From contig NC_087250.1 in assembly GCF_037042905.1 (NCBI RefSeq), positions 13,952,001 to 14,016,000 of the forward strand: a stretch of DNA of 64,000 nucleotides, in the 5' to 3' direction. The first letter of the stretch is position 1. Every line of letters begins with the position of its first letter. Made by a program: the position numbers and the translations under genes. Shown here piece by piece: positions 44,128 to 57,869 of this stretch. This stretch comes from Lytechinus pictus. Its lineage: Eukaryota. Under the pieces are notes generated by a model that had not been told where the DNA came from, did not search any database, and was given only the letters and a program-made list of their open reading frames with translations.

Positions 44128-44533
44128 CAGCACTTTTCCCATAACAGCTCAAACCGCTTTATTGCATATCATTACCCCGGTCATTGGATTAATTTCAATC
44201 CCACGTGAAAAGTGCACGATTTCCTTTCACTGGAGGGCATTCCTTGCCTTCATCGCAGCCTCATAATGGCGCTGGCAAATTCAAACATACAATAATTTCC
44301 TTCAGCAAGAAATTTATCCTCGTTGTGCTGCACTCAACCCAGGTGAGGTGAATGAGGAACCCGGTAGGAAGAAATTCTTTGAATGCTTGGGCGCCTAGGC
44401 AGCCCAGGTAAAGGCAGCCGGAGTAATAATAATAGCAGGGCTCACTGTGAGAACAGTTTCAGAACTGAAGTCGCTTCTCTCGGTAAATATACCTGTATTA
44501 TTATTATTATAAATTTTGCATCCTATCGGGTAC
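44128..44533. mobile_element. Nested SINE-derived segment, 3' flank of gene B
   Basis: Matches 795-1165 joined to 4586-4626. Confidence 0.65.
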
Positions 44534-45282
44534 GGGTCATTCCATGCCAATTCACCCAATGAATGTGCAATTTTGCACCCTACCCTCTCGGAATTCGTTG
44601 TAAATTGGTACACATAAAATTCACAATGGCCCACGCACAAAACAAACAAAAAATAATTCCAATTGGTCCGTCGGTTCTCGCGCTACGGCCCGCCCTTTTC
44701 TCCTTGCTTTGACAAAAATGGGCGTGACCTTCAACTTTCAATGGCCACTGCGTCGTAACGTGTTCACCAATTTTCATGAAACTGGTACCATTTATTAGGA
44801 AATTTAGAGAGGAATCCAAAACGTGCATCAAATAATGTATTGGAGCGATTTATAAGGTCGTGACCTTTGACCTTTACTTTTGACCTTGAGTTTGACCCCC
44901 GGACAAATAATTTTTTAACTTGATTTTCGTGTATGTCAATTATTAGTATGATATTGACAAAATATGTTAAAATCAATGATGATATTTTATTTCTTCACCT
45001 TTTAGAACTCTTCCAAAGATACCATGAAATTTCACTCTAGTCCTACATACTGATATTCATGTTAGTAAAGTGTTTACCAGTTACATGATTTCTTCCAATC
45101 TTAAGTTACAGTATGCATGCACATGAAAGGAAATTAAGCTCATCAGTTCACAAATGAAACATGAAACATTTATGCTCATGAATAGGTATCTGTTTAGGCA
45201 TTTTGATGTTCAGCAATATATATCATATATATATATATATATATTCTTGTTAGTAAAGTGTTTACTTTTATGGGAGCCTTAA

Positions 45283-45878
45283 AGGGGAATCCAGCCTCGG
45301 CCATAAAATGTTGTGTTGGGAAGGAGAAAAATAGATTAAACAGAATGGTGAAAGTTTGAAAGAAATCGGACAAGCTATAAGAAAGTTATAGCTGCTTTAA
45401 AATTGAGATCACTAATACTATGTAGATTTCAAATTGGCAACTGGGTTAGTAAATTATGACAAGGGGCAAGGACAACTTACCCATAGGCCATGTACTTTAT
45501 TATCAGGGATTTGTGGTTTTCTCCTAAGTACCCATTCCCCTGGGGCAGTAATCTAAATATAACCCAGGTAGTATATTGTTTTTATGTCCTCATGAAAGAA
45601 AAATATAATTTGAAATAAAACTTTTAGGAAAAATGACATTTTAGCCATAATATGTATTGGAGTACATGGAAGAGTAGTCCTTGCCTTACATCACTATGAC
45701 ATCCCATATGCGGCCAATTTGAAGTCTCCATGGGTATAGTGATTACCAATATTTACAACTTTTAAAAATTCATAACTTTCTTGTTATTTGTCCAATATTG
45801 TTCAAACTTTCACCTATCAACTTGTCTGATTTTTCTTTTCCTTATAAAAACAAGTTTTTATTTGGGTTGGATTCCCCT
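45283..45878. mobile_element. TTAA-flanked Kolobok-like MITE
   Basis: TTAA-aggggaatccagcc ... ggttggattcccct-TTAA. Confidence 0.85.
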
Positions 45879-45985
45879 TTAAATAGGCATATACTCAACA
45901 ATTTGATGATAAAAGTAAACACCTGTGTTGATTTTTTTATGTTTTGTGAGATGGTGGGGTCGATTGGATTATTTTACCACATTGA

Positions 45986-47313
45986 TCACATACCTAGGGC
46001 GTCTCCCGTTGTATGGATTTGTTTATGTTTTGCGAGATTACTATATTGAGTAAATGCCTTATAACAATAATGACATACGTACGGTTTCTCCCCTGTATGG
46101 ATTTGCTTATGTCTAGTGAGATGGCTTAATCGAGTAAATGCTTTACTACATTGATCACATACATACGGCTTCTCACCGGTATGGATCCGTTTATGTTCTG
46201 TGAGATGATGTTCTGATTTAAATGCCTTACCACATTGATCACATGCATAGGGCCTTTCACCGGTATGGATTTGTTTATGTCTTATGAGACTCTGTTTTTT
46301 ATTAAATGCCTTACCACATTGATCACATACATAAGGTTTCTCACCTGTATGGATTCGTTTATGTGCTGTGAGATTAGATTGTCGAGCATATGCCTTACCA
46401 CATTGATCACATACATAAAGATTTTCACCTGTATGGATAAGTTTATGTGCTGTTAGATCATAAGATCTCGTAAATGCCCTTCCACATGGATCACATACAT
46501 AGGGCTTGTCACCTATATGGATATGCTCATGACTTCTGAGATTCCATTTGTATCTAAATGCCCTATCACATTGATCACACACATAGGGCTTCTCAACGGT
46601 ATGGATTAGTTTATGTCTTGTGAGACCATTAGATTTACTAAATGCTTTACTACATTTATCACATACAAAGGGCTTTTCCCCTGTATGGATCCGTTTATGT
46701 TCTATGAGATGATGTTCTAATTTAAATCCCTTACCACATTGATCGCATACATAAGGTTTCTCAACTGCATGGATTTGTTTATGTCTAGTGAGATTATGTT
46801 CTAATTTAAACACCTTACCACATTGATCACATACATACGGTTTCTCACCAGTATGGATTCGTTTATGTATAGTGAGAGCGTTTAATCGAGTAAATGCCTT
46901 GCCACATTGATCACACACACAGGGCTTCTCACCGGTATGGATTCGTTTATGTCTCGTGAGATCACCAGATTGACTAAATGCTTTACTACATTTATCACAT
47001 ACAAAGGGCTTTTCACCTGTATGGATCCGTTTATGTTCTATGAGATGATGTTCTAATTTAAATCCCTTACCACATTGATCGCATACATAGGGCCTTTCAC
47101 CGGTATGGATTAGTTTATGTCTTGTGAGATCATAAGATAGACTTAATCCCTTACCACATTGATCGCATACATAGGGCCTTTCACCGGTATGGATTTGTTT
47201 ATGTCTAGTGAGATGATGTTCTAATTTAAATGCCTCACCGCATTGATCACATGCATACAGTTTCTCACCTGTATGGATTCGTTTATGTCTTATGAGACTC
47301 TGTTTTTTATTAA
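45986..47313 (-). pseudogene. Detached but still open 3' half of the gene B zinc-finger array (15 full fingers plus half of the interrupted one)
   Basis: Uninterrupted frame ending TTGDALGM*; separated from the 5' half by a MITE. Confidence 0.88.
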
Positions 47314-47897
47314 AGGAGAATGAAACCCTTGAAACCAGCTGAATCCATATCAAAGAGAAAAATCAAAGAAACATATTGTTGAAAGTTTGAGGAAGATTGA
47401 ATGAATAATAAGAAAGTTATGAGCATTTGAATATTGAGATCACTAGTGCCATGTAGATCCTCCCATCGGCAATGCGACCAAGATCTGTGATATCACACAC
47501 GTACAACTCCCTCCTTACTTTAGTACTTATTTCACTTATATTCTCACTTTTACTAGAGTCTATCACAAGGTGAGGTGTTCTCTTTATGAGATGACGAGTA
47601 CAGAGGTTTCACAACATTATATCATTGATGAATCGTTTGTCATATGATTAGAATGAGCAAAAAGAGATGTTTTGGGGTATATTTTCAGTGTCCAAATGGG
47701 AGAGTTGTACGTGTGTGACATCACAGATCTTGGTCGCATTGCCAATGGGAGGATCTCCATATCATTAGTGATCTCGACATTCAAATACTCATAACTCTTT
47801 TATTGCTAGTCCTATTTTACTCAAACTTTTGTTGATCTTATTCTTTGATTTTTCTGCTTTCACAAAAGCTAACTTGCTCCAAGAGTTTCATTCTCCT
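47314..47897. mobile_element. TTAA-flanked Kolobok-like MITE interrupting the gene B array
   Basis: TTAA-aggagaatgaaac ... gtttcattctcct-TTAA; internal inverted repeats; supplies the stop FKGE*. Confidence 0.9.
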
Positions 47898-49401
47898 TTA
47901 AATGCTTCACCACATTGATCACATACATAGGGTTTCTCACCTGTATGGATTCGTTTATGTCTTATGAGACTCTGTTTTTTATTAAATGCCTTACCACATT
48001 GATCACATACATAAGGTTTCTCACCTGTATGGATTCGTTTATGTGCTGTGAGATTAGATTGTCGAGCATATGCCTTACCACATTGATCACATACATAAAG
48101 ATTTTCACCTGTATGGATAAGTTTATGTGCTGTTAGATCATAAGATCTCGTAAATGCCCTTCCACATGGATCACATACATAGGGCTTGTCACCTATATGG
48201 ATATGCTCATGACTTCTGAGATTCCATTTGTATCTAAATGCCCTATCACATTGATCACACACATAGGGCTTCTCAACGGTATGGATTAGTTTATGTCTTG
48301 TGAGACCATTAGATTTACTAAATGCTTTACTACATTTATCACATACAAAGGGCTTTTCCCCTGTATGGATCCGTTTATGTTCTATGAGATGATGTTCTAA
48401 TTTAAATCCCTTACCACATTGATCGCATACATAAGGTTTCTCAACTGCATGGATTTGTTTATGTCTAGTGAGATTATGTTCTAATTTAAACACCTTACCA
48501 CATTGATCACATACATACGGTTTCTCACCAGTATGGATTCGTTTATGTATAGTGAGAGCGTTTAATCGAGTAAATGCCTTGCCACATTGATCACACACAC
48601 AGGGCTTCTCACCGGTATGGATTCGTTTATGTCTCGTGAGATCACCAGATTGACTAAATGCTTTACTACATTTATCACATACAAAGGGCTTTTCACCTGT
48701 ATGGATCCGTTTATGTTCTATGAGATGATGTTCTAATTTAAATCCCTTACCACATTGATCGCATACATAGGGCCTTTCACCGGTATGGATTAGTTTATGT
48801 CTTGTGAGATCATAAGATAGACTTAATCCCTTACCACATTGATCGCATACATAGGGCCTTTCACCGGTATGGATTTGTTTATGTCTAGTGAGATGATGTT
48901 CTAATTTAAATGCCTCACCGCATTGATCACATGCATACAGTTTCTCACCTGTATGGATTCGTTTATGTCTTATGAGACTCTGTTTTTTATTAAATGCTTC
49001 ACCACATTGATCACATACATAGGGTTTCTCACCTGTATGGATTCGTTTATGTCTTATGAGACTCTGTTTTTTATTAAATGCCTTACCACATTGATCACAT
49101 ACAGAGGGCTTCTCATCATTAATTACTTCATGGCATGATGCAAAATATGAATCTATACTTGACTTACACTCAAGTATCATATTTACTTCACTTCCTTCTT
49201 TTAAAATCCCCATTTCACCAAGTTCAAAGTCATTAGATTTACAGGGAGGTCTTTGTATTTCTCCATCAACAAACTGTAGAATGCCCTCCTGCGACCGCAT
49301 GTAGATACCATGTATTCCATGTTTGTCCTTGAGATGCCTTGCTAAGATGAGAGGAATAGCATAGAATGATCCACAGTACTCACATCGGTAGATCCCAGAA
49401 T
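47888..49401 (-). CDS. Gene B last coding exon: isolated finger plus 14 tandem C2H2 fingers, truncated
   Basis: Acceptor ctttccaatAG|ATTCT; in frame with the 470-aa ORF; paralogous to the gene A exon. Confidence 0.85.
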
Positions 49402-49535
49402 CTATTGGAAAAGAAATTTACATTGTCATATTATCATTAAATGATTCAGAGATTATATTAGGCCCGTAAAGACTCAAACATGATCGAAAAAGAACATGGA
49501 AGGCAAACAAAATGACTTCAGTGTAAAACATACAT

Positions 49536-49845
49536 GGCCCGTATTCTGATAGCAGGTTTAACCTAAACTCTGGTTTAAAGTTGTGGTTTAAGTATGGAGA
49601 GCCAATTGTTACATAAATCACTAACAGTAGAGATATCATACTTCAGCTCATTTGGCTCTCAAATCATTCATAATTGTCTAGGAAGTATAAATAGATGATT
49701 GTCTTCACCATCATGAATCAGGAAAGAGCACAGTAAACATAAGAAACATACAACTTAATAAAAATTTTGATACTTTTGGCTTCCCATACTTAAACCACAA
49801 CTTTAAACCTGAGTTTAAGTTAAACCTGCTATCAGAATACGGGCC
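49536..49845. mobile_element. Harbinger-like MITE (copy shared with gene A)
   Basis: Near-identical to 12738-13047 at the same intron position. Confidence 0.8.
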
Positions 49846-50523
49846 ATGGGGAGTCTTAGGATGACAGTCGCATCATCGTTTGCATGCAGATACATTGCCA
49901 AGTGGCTTGTTCCAAATCAACATATAACTCGGGATGACATGATATATCATCCATGACTAGACAAGCCTTACATTGTATAACATGTACATGGAAGCAAGGG
50001 TTAAAGTTCAGCAACCAAGACAACTGCCCCTACCCCTATACTTTTCAAGTAGTGAAGGGGGGGGGGGGGTGTGGATAACCAAAAGGAGAGAAGAAAATCA
50101 GAGATGTATAGATTATGTCAAGAAAATAAGACCATAAGCATTTATAAGTTTTAAAACAGAATGACTGTAGAGCTTTATTCTACATTATCCATCGGCGTAA
50201 AATGTGCCTATATTAATATGGACAGATGTTTGTTGACTGTGTCTGTATGTGGCATTTATGTCCTTCATGTATACACTGGTGTTAGTATATAGATTAACAT
50301 AAACTTTAAATTCCAGTATACGGTCCTTAAGAGTGAAGAAAGAAGGTACTATTTCTCTCTTTTTAGGTAGTTTCCAACTATATCAAGATACCCTACAGAA
50401 TTGAGATGGGAATGTAATTGATGTACAGAATTTTTAGGGAAGATTTATTTATTTCTTCACTGGTTAAACATAACCACCCATAAAAAAAGAGGTCAAATAC
50501 ATATTGTTTTTTTCTTTTTTTAC

Positions 50524-51103
50524 CTGAGCCCTTTCTTTCCTGCCAATCATCTCCTTCCTCCACTTTTGAACAAGATGGTTGGGATTGCTTGGGAGTCTGC
50601 TCGCCCGCTGAAGCTACTTCTGTCAAGAATTGTTCTCTCTTCTGATCACATGACTGAGTGCTGAGATCCCCTGATTGCTTGGGAATCTGGTCTCCCCCTG
50701 GAGCAACTTCTGTCAAAGTTTGTTCAGTCTTCAGATCACATGACAGAGTGTTGAGATCACCTGACTGAGTGTTGAGATCACCCAATTGCTTGGGAGTCTG
50801 GTCTCCCCCTGAAGCTACTTTTGTCAAGGTTTGTTCTGCCTTCAGATAACCTGATTGAGTGCTGAGATCGCCTGATTGCTTGTGAGTCTGGTCGCCCGCT
50901 GAAGCTACATCTGTCAAGGTTTGTTCCGCCTCCTGATCACATGACTGAGTGTTGAGATCACCTGATGGTGTTGGATTGATTTGTAACTGGATAGCTTCAT
51001 CATAGTCCTCAATTGGAAGGAGTGCAATGATTCCCTCTCCTTTGATTTCATGAGCATTTAGCAGATTCCCATCATCATACTTAATCTCCACTTTAATAGT
51101 GAC
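50524..51103 (-). CDS. Gene B coding exon 4 with expanded internal repeats
   Basis: Same splice sites as gene A; 580 nt, phase 0 to 1; four (E)QTLTEVASxGDQTPKQ-type units. Confidence 0.8.
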
Positions 51104-52189
51104 CTAATTATAAAGAAAAAGGGACAAACTTTAACATATAACTGATGACATGACATACATGTTTACTTTGACACATGATCAGATTCATCCTATTCTTAGT
51201 GTGCCATTATAATGCAACCTGTGTTAAAAGACAGTTGGAGAACTATACTGTCTAGATTTTCCCTATGATATACTTTTGTTTATGGACTTTAATTACTCTA
51301 TTGATCTCCAATATACCATTTAAAAGTCAATGAATGAGGACTTTGCATTGTTCTGTTACAGTCCATGGATGATTCAAACATGGCAAGTTTGGCCATGCCT
51401 CACTAGAAACTATAAAGAGTGATTCACTAGGACGATAGAAGAGCTTGTGCTCCATCAAAGGAAAAGTTCACCATAAAAAAAAAAGCAAAAATAGCAGAAA
51501 AAGATTATAAAAAATATTGGTTAAGGTTTTAGGAAAATCCAGCAAGGATGAAAAAAGTTAATTATTTTTTAATTTGTGATGCTTTATTATAATTTCTGAT
51601 GATTTTAAAAAAAATTTGTCTCAGGGCCCTATTCCATGCTAGAAAAATCAGCCATTTTCACAATATCTTTCAACCTGCTGTCTAAACGAATGAAGAACTT
51701 CAATTTGCTTTGTGGTAATATTAAAGTACTACTGGGTAACATGCAAAAACTGGTAACCATCAAAGATATGTTGTCCAGAGCTTAAAATGTAGCGTGTCGT
51801 ACGGGACATTTCTGCGTCCTGTACGACACACAATATTTTCACCTATAATTTACCCATAATAATTTTTTTTGTGTTGGTTTTTAGTTTTTCACATGACTAC
51901 CCACTATAGAGCTTTTATCATTGGCAAAAAAGAAAAATTTATTGCTCAAGCATTCGGCTAGGAAACTAAAAATTGTTGTCAAAATGTACCGTTTGACACA
52001 TATGAAATCACCCCTGGGTAAGCTTCCCCTTTAACTGGAGAGGGCTAGACAATTAAGTGATTTTTAAGCTGTAGGGTAGTGCCTTCAAGGAATTCAATTG
52101 AATGCAGAAAATTGTGTCTGGACTGACTTCTCTTTATACGAGACGGGTAAACAGATCTAAGATCTGGCTTGGTTTTCTGAATGCGTGCA

Positions 52190-52725
52190 GAGACCTCTCT
52201 CATGATGTATGGGTGAGGCAACACGACATTATAAGTAAGAGATTGGTGGTGGATAGACTAGACTGTGATCCTTCAACTGTTGGTGAAACCATCAACGTGT
52301 GAGGAGATCTCTCTTGTTATGTATGGTGAGGCAACACAGGATAATACGTAAGAGATTGGAGAAGGATAGACTAGATGGTGATTCTTCCAACTGTGGGTGA
52401 AGCCATCAATGTGTGCTGAGATCTCTCTTCCTATGTATGGTGAGGCAACACAGGATAACAGGTAACAGATTAGAGAAGGATAGACTAGATAGTGATTCTT
52501 CCAACTGTGGGTGAAGCCATCAACGTGTGAGGAGATCTCTCTTGTTATGTATGGTGAGGGCAACACAGGATAACAGGTAAGAGATTGGAGATGGATAGAC
52601 TAGATGGTGATTCTTCCAACTGTGGGTGAAGCCATCAATGTGTGCTGAGATCTCTCTTCTTATGTATGGTGAGGCAACACAGGATAATAGGTAACAGATT
52701 GGAGATGGATAGGTAAGATGGTGAG
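52190..52725. repeat. Intronic tandem repeat, ~115 bp x 4.5, with alternating A/B variants
   Basis: Units gagatctctctt...gtgaggcaacacagga at about 52303, 52418, 52532 and 52647. Confidence 0.85.
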
Positions 52726-53094
52726 CCTCCTTGATGGATTTGGTTAGGTCGCTAAACTGTGTCTAGATTAGAGTCTGTTTTGGCAGGTTAATGGTTGTAG
52801 AGGACTAAGCTCCTATTCTTATTTGTGGTGAGTCAATGCATACCCACAATAGGTAGGCTAAAGATCATCCACTCTTATTGGCTGCAGAGATTAAAGGCTC
52901 TGCGAGGTGCTTTCAGGATCGAGTCAATCTCTGAAGTATGGAATATCCTAAAGCAGTAGAGGATGAAGGACGATTATTAGACCATGTGAAATGAGACTAC
53001 ACAAGAAAAAGACAGGAAGAATTGAAATGTTTTGATAACAAATATGGAATTTCAAATATAGCATGCTATAATTTATTATTTGACAGGTACTTCC

Positions 53095-53174
53095 ATGATT
53101 TGGACTCTCTTCCTGTAACTTGTTCTCCTTTATATGATCTGGCTTTTCATCTTCGACAGGTACATGGAAAGGTT
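53095..53174 (-). CDS. Gene B coding exon 3 (donor mutated GT>GG)
   Basis: EPFHVPVEDEKPDHIKENKLQEESPNH followed by GGaagt instead of GTaagt. Confidence 0.7.
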
Positions 53175-53381
53175 CTGAATTTTAATATAAATAGTTGAAA
53201 CGAAAAAGGATATCAACATTTTGTCCTCAATTCACTGTATAACTTATGAAATGCCTATGATTTTAAAAGTTGTGCGGGACTTGAAAAAAAAATGAAAAAA
53301 AATGTGGATCACTTTTTGGTTGCAGAAAATGCTGCAAGGAACAATGAGTGAGGCCATAATACCTTTGAGTGCCAGACGTAC

Positions 53382-53480
53382 CTAACATCATTTTCTCATC
53401 CTCGCTGTCATTTTCCTCTTTGATCTCTATTTTTATTTCTTGCTGACGTTGTATGAACATCGGTGGAGTGACCTGTAGTC
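53382..53480 (-). CDS. Gene B coding exon 2 (KRAB C-terminal part)
   Basis: 99 nt; GLQVTPPMFIQRQQEIKIEIKEENDSEDEKMML; canonical AG/GT. Confidence 0.82.
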
Positions 53481-53791
53481 CTGTTTGAAAAACAAGAAAA
53501 ACAAACAATCCATGGGTTTATAATCAGAAATTTGACTGTGCAGTCTAATGTTAGAGCCTAGTAGAGGACTTTTAGATTATAGAAACAGGTTTCATTTGTG
53601 ATTGAGCTACACGGTCTTTACAACTTTTATTGAAGAAACAAGGATTTCTATGTGAGCCTGAGAATTATTTATTGAAAAAAACATCTAAAAAGTTTTTAAA
53701 CAGAAACATGATCACCGATCACCAATAATAATGGCAAATTACATGTCTCTCCAAGTATCGTGAACTAGTAAGCTAGTGAACACTTTTTGCG

Positions 53792-56478
53792 AGAGTGCGT
53801 ATAGAAAAAACGGGACAGATATGAAAAGTCTATAGAATTTTTGTTTCAAATTATGATGTCTATATTTTGGTGTTAATAGGTGCTCTGAAGTCTTGTGTTT
53901 CAAATGCCATTAAAATATTGAGTTTTGTTCATGCTTGAGCGAACACGGAATGTTTTTGTCTGGGGTTAAAAAAGGAGGCTTGTCCCAAAATGGCCTAAAA
54001 TGATAAATATGATGATTGGACTTCTTTCTAATCAGCAGACTTCCTCTTAACCTTTCATTATCTATGCCATAATTTTTGAATCATGTGGTCAAAATTCATT
54101 TTGCTTGAATTTGTCTGTTGTTGTTTCTTTTAGCTTTAAATATTCCTTCTTTAAGCAAAAACAAAAAAATTCAACAGAGGTATGGGAGTGTGTGTATTTT
54201 TTTTCAAATCCTTTCATTGTGTTATACAAAGGTTATGGTGCCTTTGAACACAGGCGCGTAGCTAGGGGCGGTGGGAGAGGTCGCCCCCCAAAAAGAAAAA
54301 AAAGGGGAAAAAGAGAGGAGAAAAGGAAAAGCGAAGGAAGGAAAGGGAAGAAAGGTTGCTTTGTGGGTTTTTCTTTTTATTCTTTTTTTTTTTCTAAAAA
54401 AAAGAAACTTCTTCACTCTAATTGCTCTAAATTTATATGAATTTTGCTTCCGCGCTGCGCGCGGTTAAATGACAATATTGCAGTTCTCCTCTGTTTCCCT
54501 CACCCTTTCTCTAACCCAGTTTTTCCACCTCATCTATGTGTGTTTCTTGCCAGTCAAAGTTCAAATATATACATTAGGGCATGAAATTAGAGTAAGGATA
54601 GGCCGAAGTATCTGAAGTTATCTTTTTTTAAATTGATCGCGCAACTTCTGGTCGGGTCGGCTCCGGGCTGGTAAAATCTTTATATCAATTTCTGCCGTCA
54701 CCTCCATATAGACAACTTCTCCCGCTTTTCAGCTCATTACTAAACAACCATAATTTGGGGGCAAACAGGTTCTTAATTTAAAAAGAGGAAGGTATAAAAT
54801 TCGTGTCGTATTAAATAAAAAAAGTACAATATTTTTTATCAAATTCTACTAAACTTCATGTCATTTCCCTGCACATTCATCTCCTGTCCTGTTTTGCGCC
54901 CTCAGTTTGAAATTTTGACACTTATTAAAGTTTCTTTATCATTCAAAATGAAGCGCATTAGGATAAGTCAAATAAATTATACATCATCCTGTTTTATACA
55001 ATTTCAATAAATCACAGAAGTTTCAACTTTTTGCGCACTATTTTCCTTGTAATTAATTTCAATAATCTTAGAAGAAAACCAATTGAATTAGAGCCGATGG
55101 TGGTATTAGAGATATCTGCATTTGATGAAACGTCCGCCCTTTGAAATTTCAGAGTTTCATTGCTCAGCACGGGGAGGAATATCTTCCTCCTGGCATATAT
55201 CCTTCTTCTCCTCTGTTTTGCGAATTAAGATATGCACTGTCGCTAAATTGTTTGTATTCAAATCTGATCTTTCCAAGGGAAGTATTCAATATAACTTGGA
55301 GGATACCCTTTTCTCGGGACCCTTTTCTTTGCCAAAAAAATGATAAAACGCTTTAGCTTCCGTGCTTTGCGCGGGGTTAATATTATTTTAACTTCCTCCA
55401 TGTTATCCCTTTTTTGTGCGTTCACAATCACTTTTGAAAACAAGGTTCAAAATCACAATATAGTCAACTGAATTGGGGCTGATATAGGTACTAGAGACGG
55501 CTCCTTTTCATTTCAATTTATGAAACACCGAAAGCTTCGCGCGGGAGGGGGAAACTCCCCCTCCCTGCACCCACCCCCTAGGGAGCGCAGCTTTGTAAGT
55601 GTTGTCACCTTTGGTTGTCACGCTTCGCGTGCATTTACCGCCCCCTCCAAAACGAAATCCTGGCTACGCGGTTGTTTGAACAGTGGCATACAGATGAGCG
55701 GGGGCTCGGGGTGTTCCCCCCAATAAAAAAAAAGTGGAAAGGAAATAAAAGGAAAGATAGAAAGTGAAATATGATTTATTTTCTGAATATTATGTCAAAA
55801 TCTATTACAAAATTGGATATCTTAATAAAAAAGTAAAAAATTTTGCTTACTCGCTTCGCTCGCTCACAACTTTTTTAATACATTTTATCCAATCTCCATA
55901 TCTAGCTCCTTCGGAATTGACTAAATATACCATTGCAATTGAAAGATATGAATCCTTTCCTGTTTGTCCTGTCAATCACATAATTAAACTTGGACAAGGA
56001 AGGTACCATAAAATAATTTTTTTTAAATAATAAAATATGATTTGAATAATTACAAGTTCTCCCAATCAATAATGCAAATCTTCGGGCTTGGATTGACAAA
56101 AGTCTTCTTTTCTTACTTATGAAGGAAAATTCAAAGGTTAAAGAAGTTTCAATGAAAAAACAAAATAATTCAAGTAAATAGATTTGTAAATGAAATTTGA
56201 CAGCATAATTCGAAAATCATGGCAGAGATAATGAATAGGTTTAGAGGAAGTCTGATCATCAAATTTCTAATTTCTGCCATTTTGGCGCAAGCCTCTTTTT
56301 GAACCCCCGACAAAAACGTCCTGTGTTTGCTCAAACATGAACAAATTTTTTTTTTAAATGGCATTTCAAAGATTAGATTTCAGAGCATCTATCAACATCA
56401 AAATATAGATATCATAATTTGAAACAAAATTTTTATAGACTTTTCAAAACTGTCCCGTTGTTTTTTTTATATGGACTG
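53792..56478. mobile_element. Tc1/mariner-like non-autonomous element with long TIRs
   Basis: aaacgggacag.t.tgaaaagtctata.aa.tttt.tttcaaattatgat.tctatattttg and its inverse at 56370-56478, ending actg-TA. Confidence 0.75.
54251..55674. mobile_element. hAT-like element nested in the Tc1-like element
   Basis: caggcgcgtagctagg / cctggctacgcggttg; 8-bp TSD tttgaaca. Confidence 0.82.
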
Positions 56479-57146
56479 TAGATCTAGATCTGAGCTTCCA
56501 TTTTGAGTCTTGTTGTGATTGGTGCAAACTTGTAATGGGATGAGAGATGCCTGTGTGTGATGCCACGATGTTTCATCTAATTTTAAAGTTTGACAATGTT
56601 CCACTTTGAAATTGTATTCATTTCTAAAACATTTTATTTTTTTAAATTTAAAATATGGATTTTTGTTTGTTTGCTTGAAGTTTGAAATTTTCCCCCTTTT
56701 CTATCCTTCTTTCTTCATCTTTCTATCATTCCTGCTTGCCTTTTTTTTGTTCCATCTTTATTTCCAATCTTTCCTTACAATTCATAACAAAAATGGCTGA
56801 TGGAGACGGGGGTAGAAGGAGAGAACTTTTCGTTTTTTGAGGTTCCAGTCTGTGCCCAGATGTCAGGAAACTGCCACTCGTTAGACCTTCATCCATATAA
56901 TCGTGGCAAGTGCATAATTTCTGTTTTCACAATTCATTTGGAAAAATATTTAGACCATAAGTCACCCTAGTCCCGTGAGTATGGTAAAATACACGGTAAG
57001 CCCCTGGGCTCCCGCCCGCGCTCCCTGGGTTAACTATTCTTTGACGTCTTTGAAATAAGGTTGGCAATGTTTGGCATATTTTCTCTTTGTCTTTGTGACC
57101 AATGCTTGATATTTTGACACTGTCAGTTTCCATTACAGCTATTTAT

Positions 57147-57688
57147 CATACGACTTGGCTCTTAAATAAATTTGATTCTTTAGATTATTTTTTCTTAATT
57201 AAAAATAGAGATTGAAAAATGACAATTGTCTTGCCATATTACTTTCCACCAATAGAGGGCGTACACAAAAATATGCCCAAAATTCAAGTTTTCGGGCGCT
57301 CTGGTGAATAAAAAAATTACTTGCAAGTTACTAATGAAAAATAAATTGCAACTGTATGAAAATTAGTATTTCTTGGCACAAAAGTGATATTTTAATGATT
57401 TTTAATGAAGTGTGTGCTGTGTACAGCATTGGCATACTCCTAGTCCTACCTCAGATTCCCCACACTCCACAGGCAGGATATTATGAACCCTTGAATGCAG
57501 TTCTAGTCCACCCAAGGGTTCATTACATGCCGCCACGCACAGAAAAATCAAGCCATAGAAGTCGTGTGTTGTGGACCCAAGAAGTGAGATCCCAGCACGC
57601 GCGACCCACTAGTTAGAAATCCACTGCCATACGCGGTTCGTGGTGCGAGGTTAGTATACTAATACTAACCTCGCAATACGTGTGAGTG
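57147..57688. repeat. Left arm of a long inverted repeat
   Basis: Reverse complement of 62423-62605 plus 62800-63146. Confidence 0.88.
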
Positions 57689-57706
57689 GTTCTAGTCTAC
57701 ACCTAC

Positions 57707-57857
57707 CAACTTTGTTCATCATCTCATAGTTTTCTTTGACGTTCTTGATACAAATTCTTTCATAACTGCTGAACTTTGCCCATTCCATGGCTGTGAAGTA
57801 AACCTGGACGTCTAAAAGATACTGATCCATCTCTGCCTCTGGCAAAGTCAAAGACAT
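57707..57857 (-). CDS. Gene B first coding exon: ancestral KRAB-A domain
   Basis: MSLTLPEAEMDQYLLDVQVYFTAMEWAKFSSYERICIKNVKENYEMMNKV|G; donor GTaggt, phase 1. Confidence 0.82.
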
Positions 57858-57869
57858 GATGTGGTGTGT

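Noticed and set aside
45986..47353. Independent 455-aa ZF gene
   Set aside because: Its start lies inside the MITE; it is the severed half of gene B.
47314..47897. MITE removed as an intron to restore the gene B array
   Set aside because: A stop occurs three codons into the element on the sense strand, before any GT donor.
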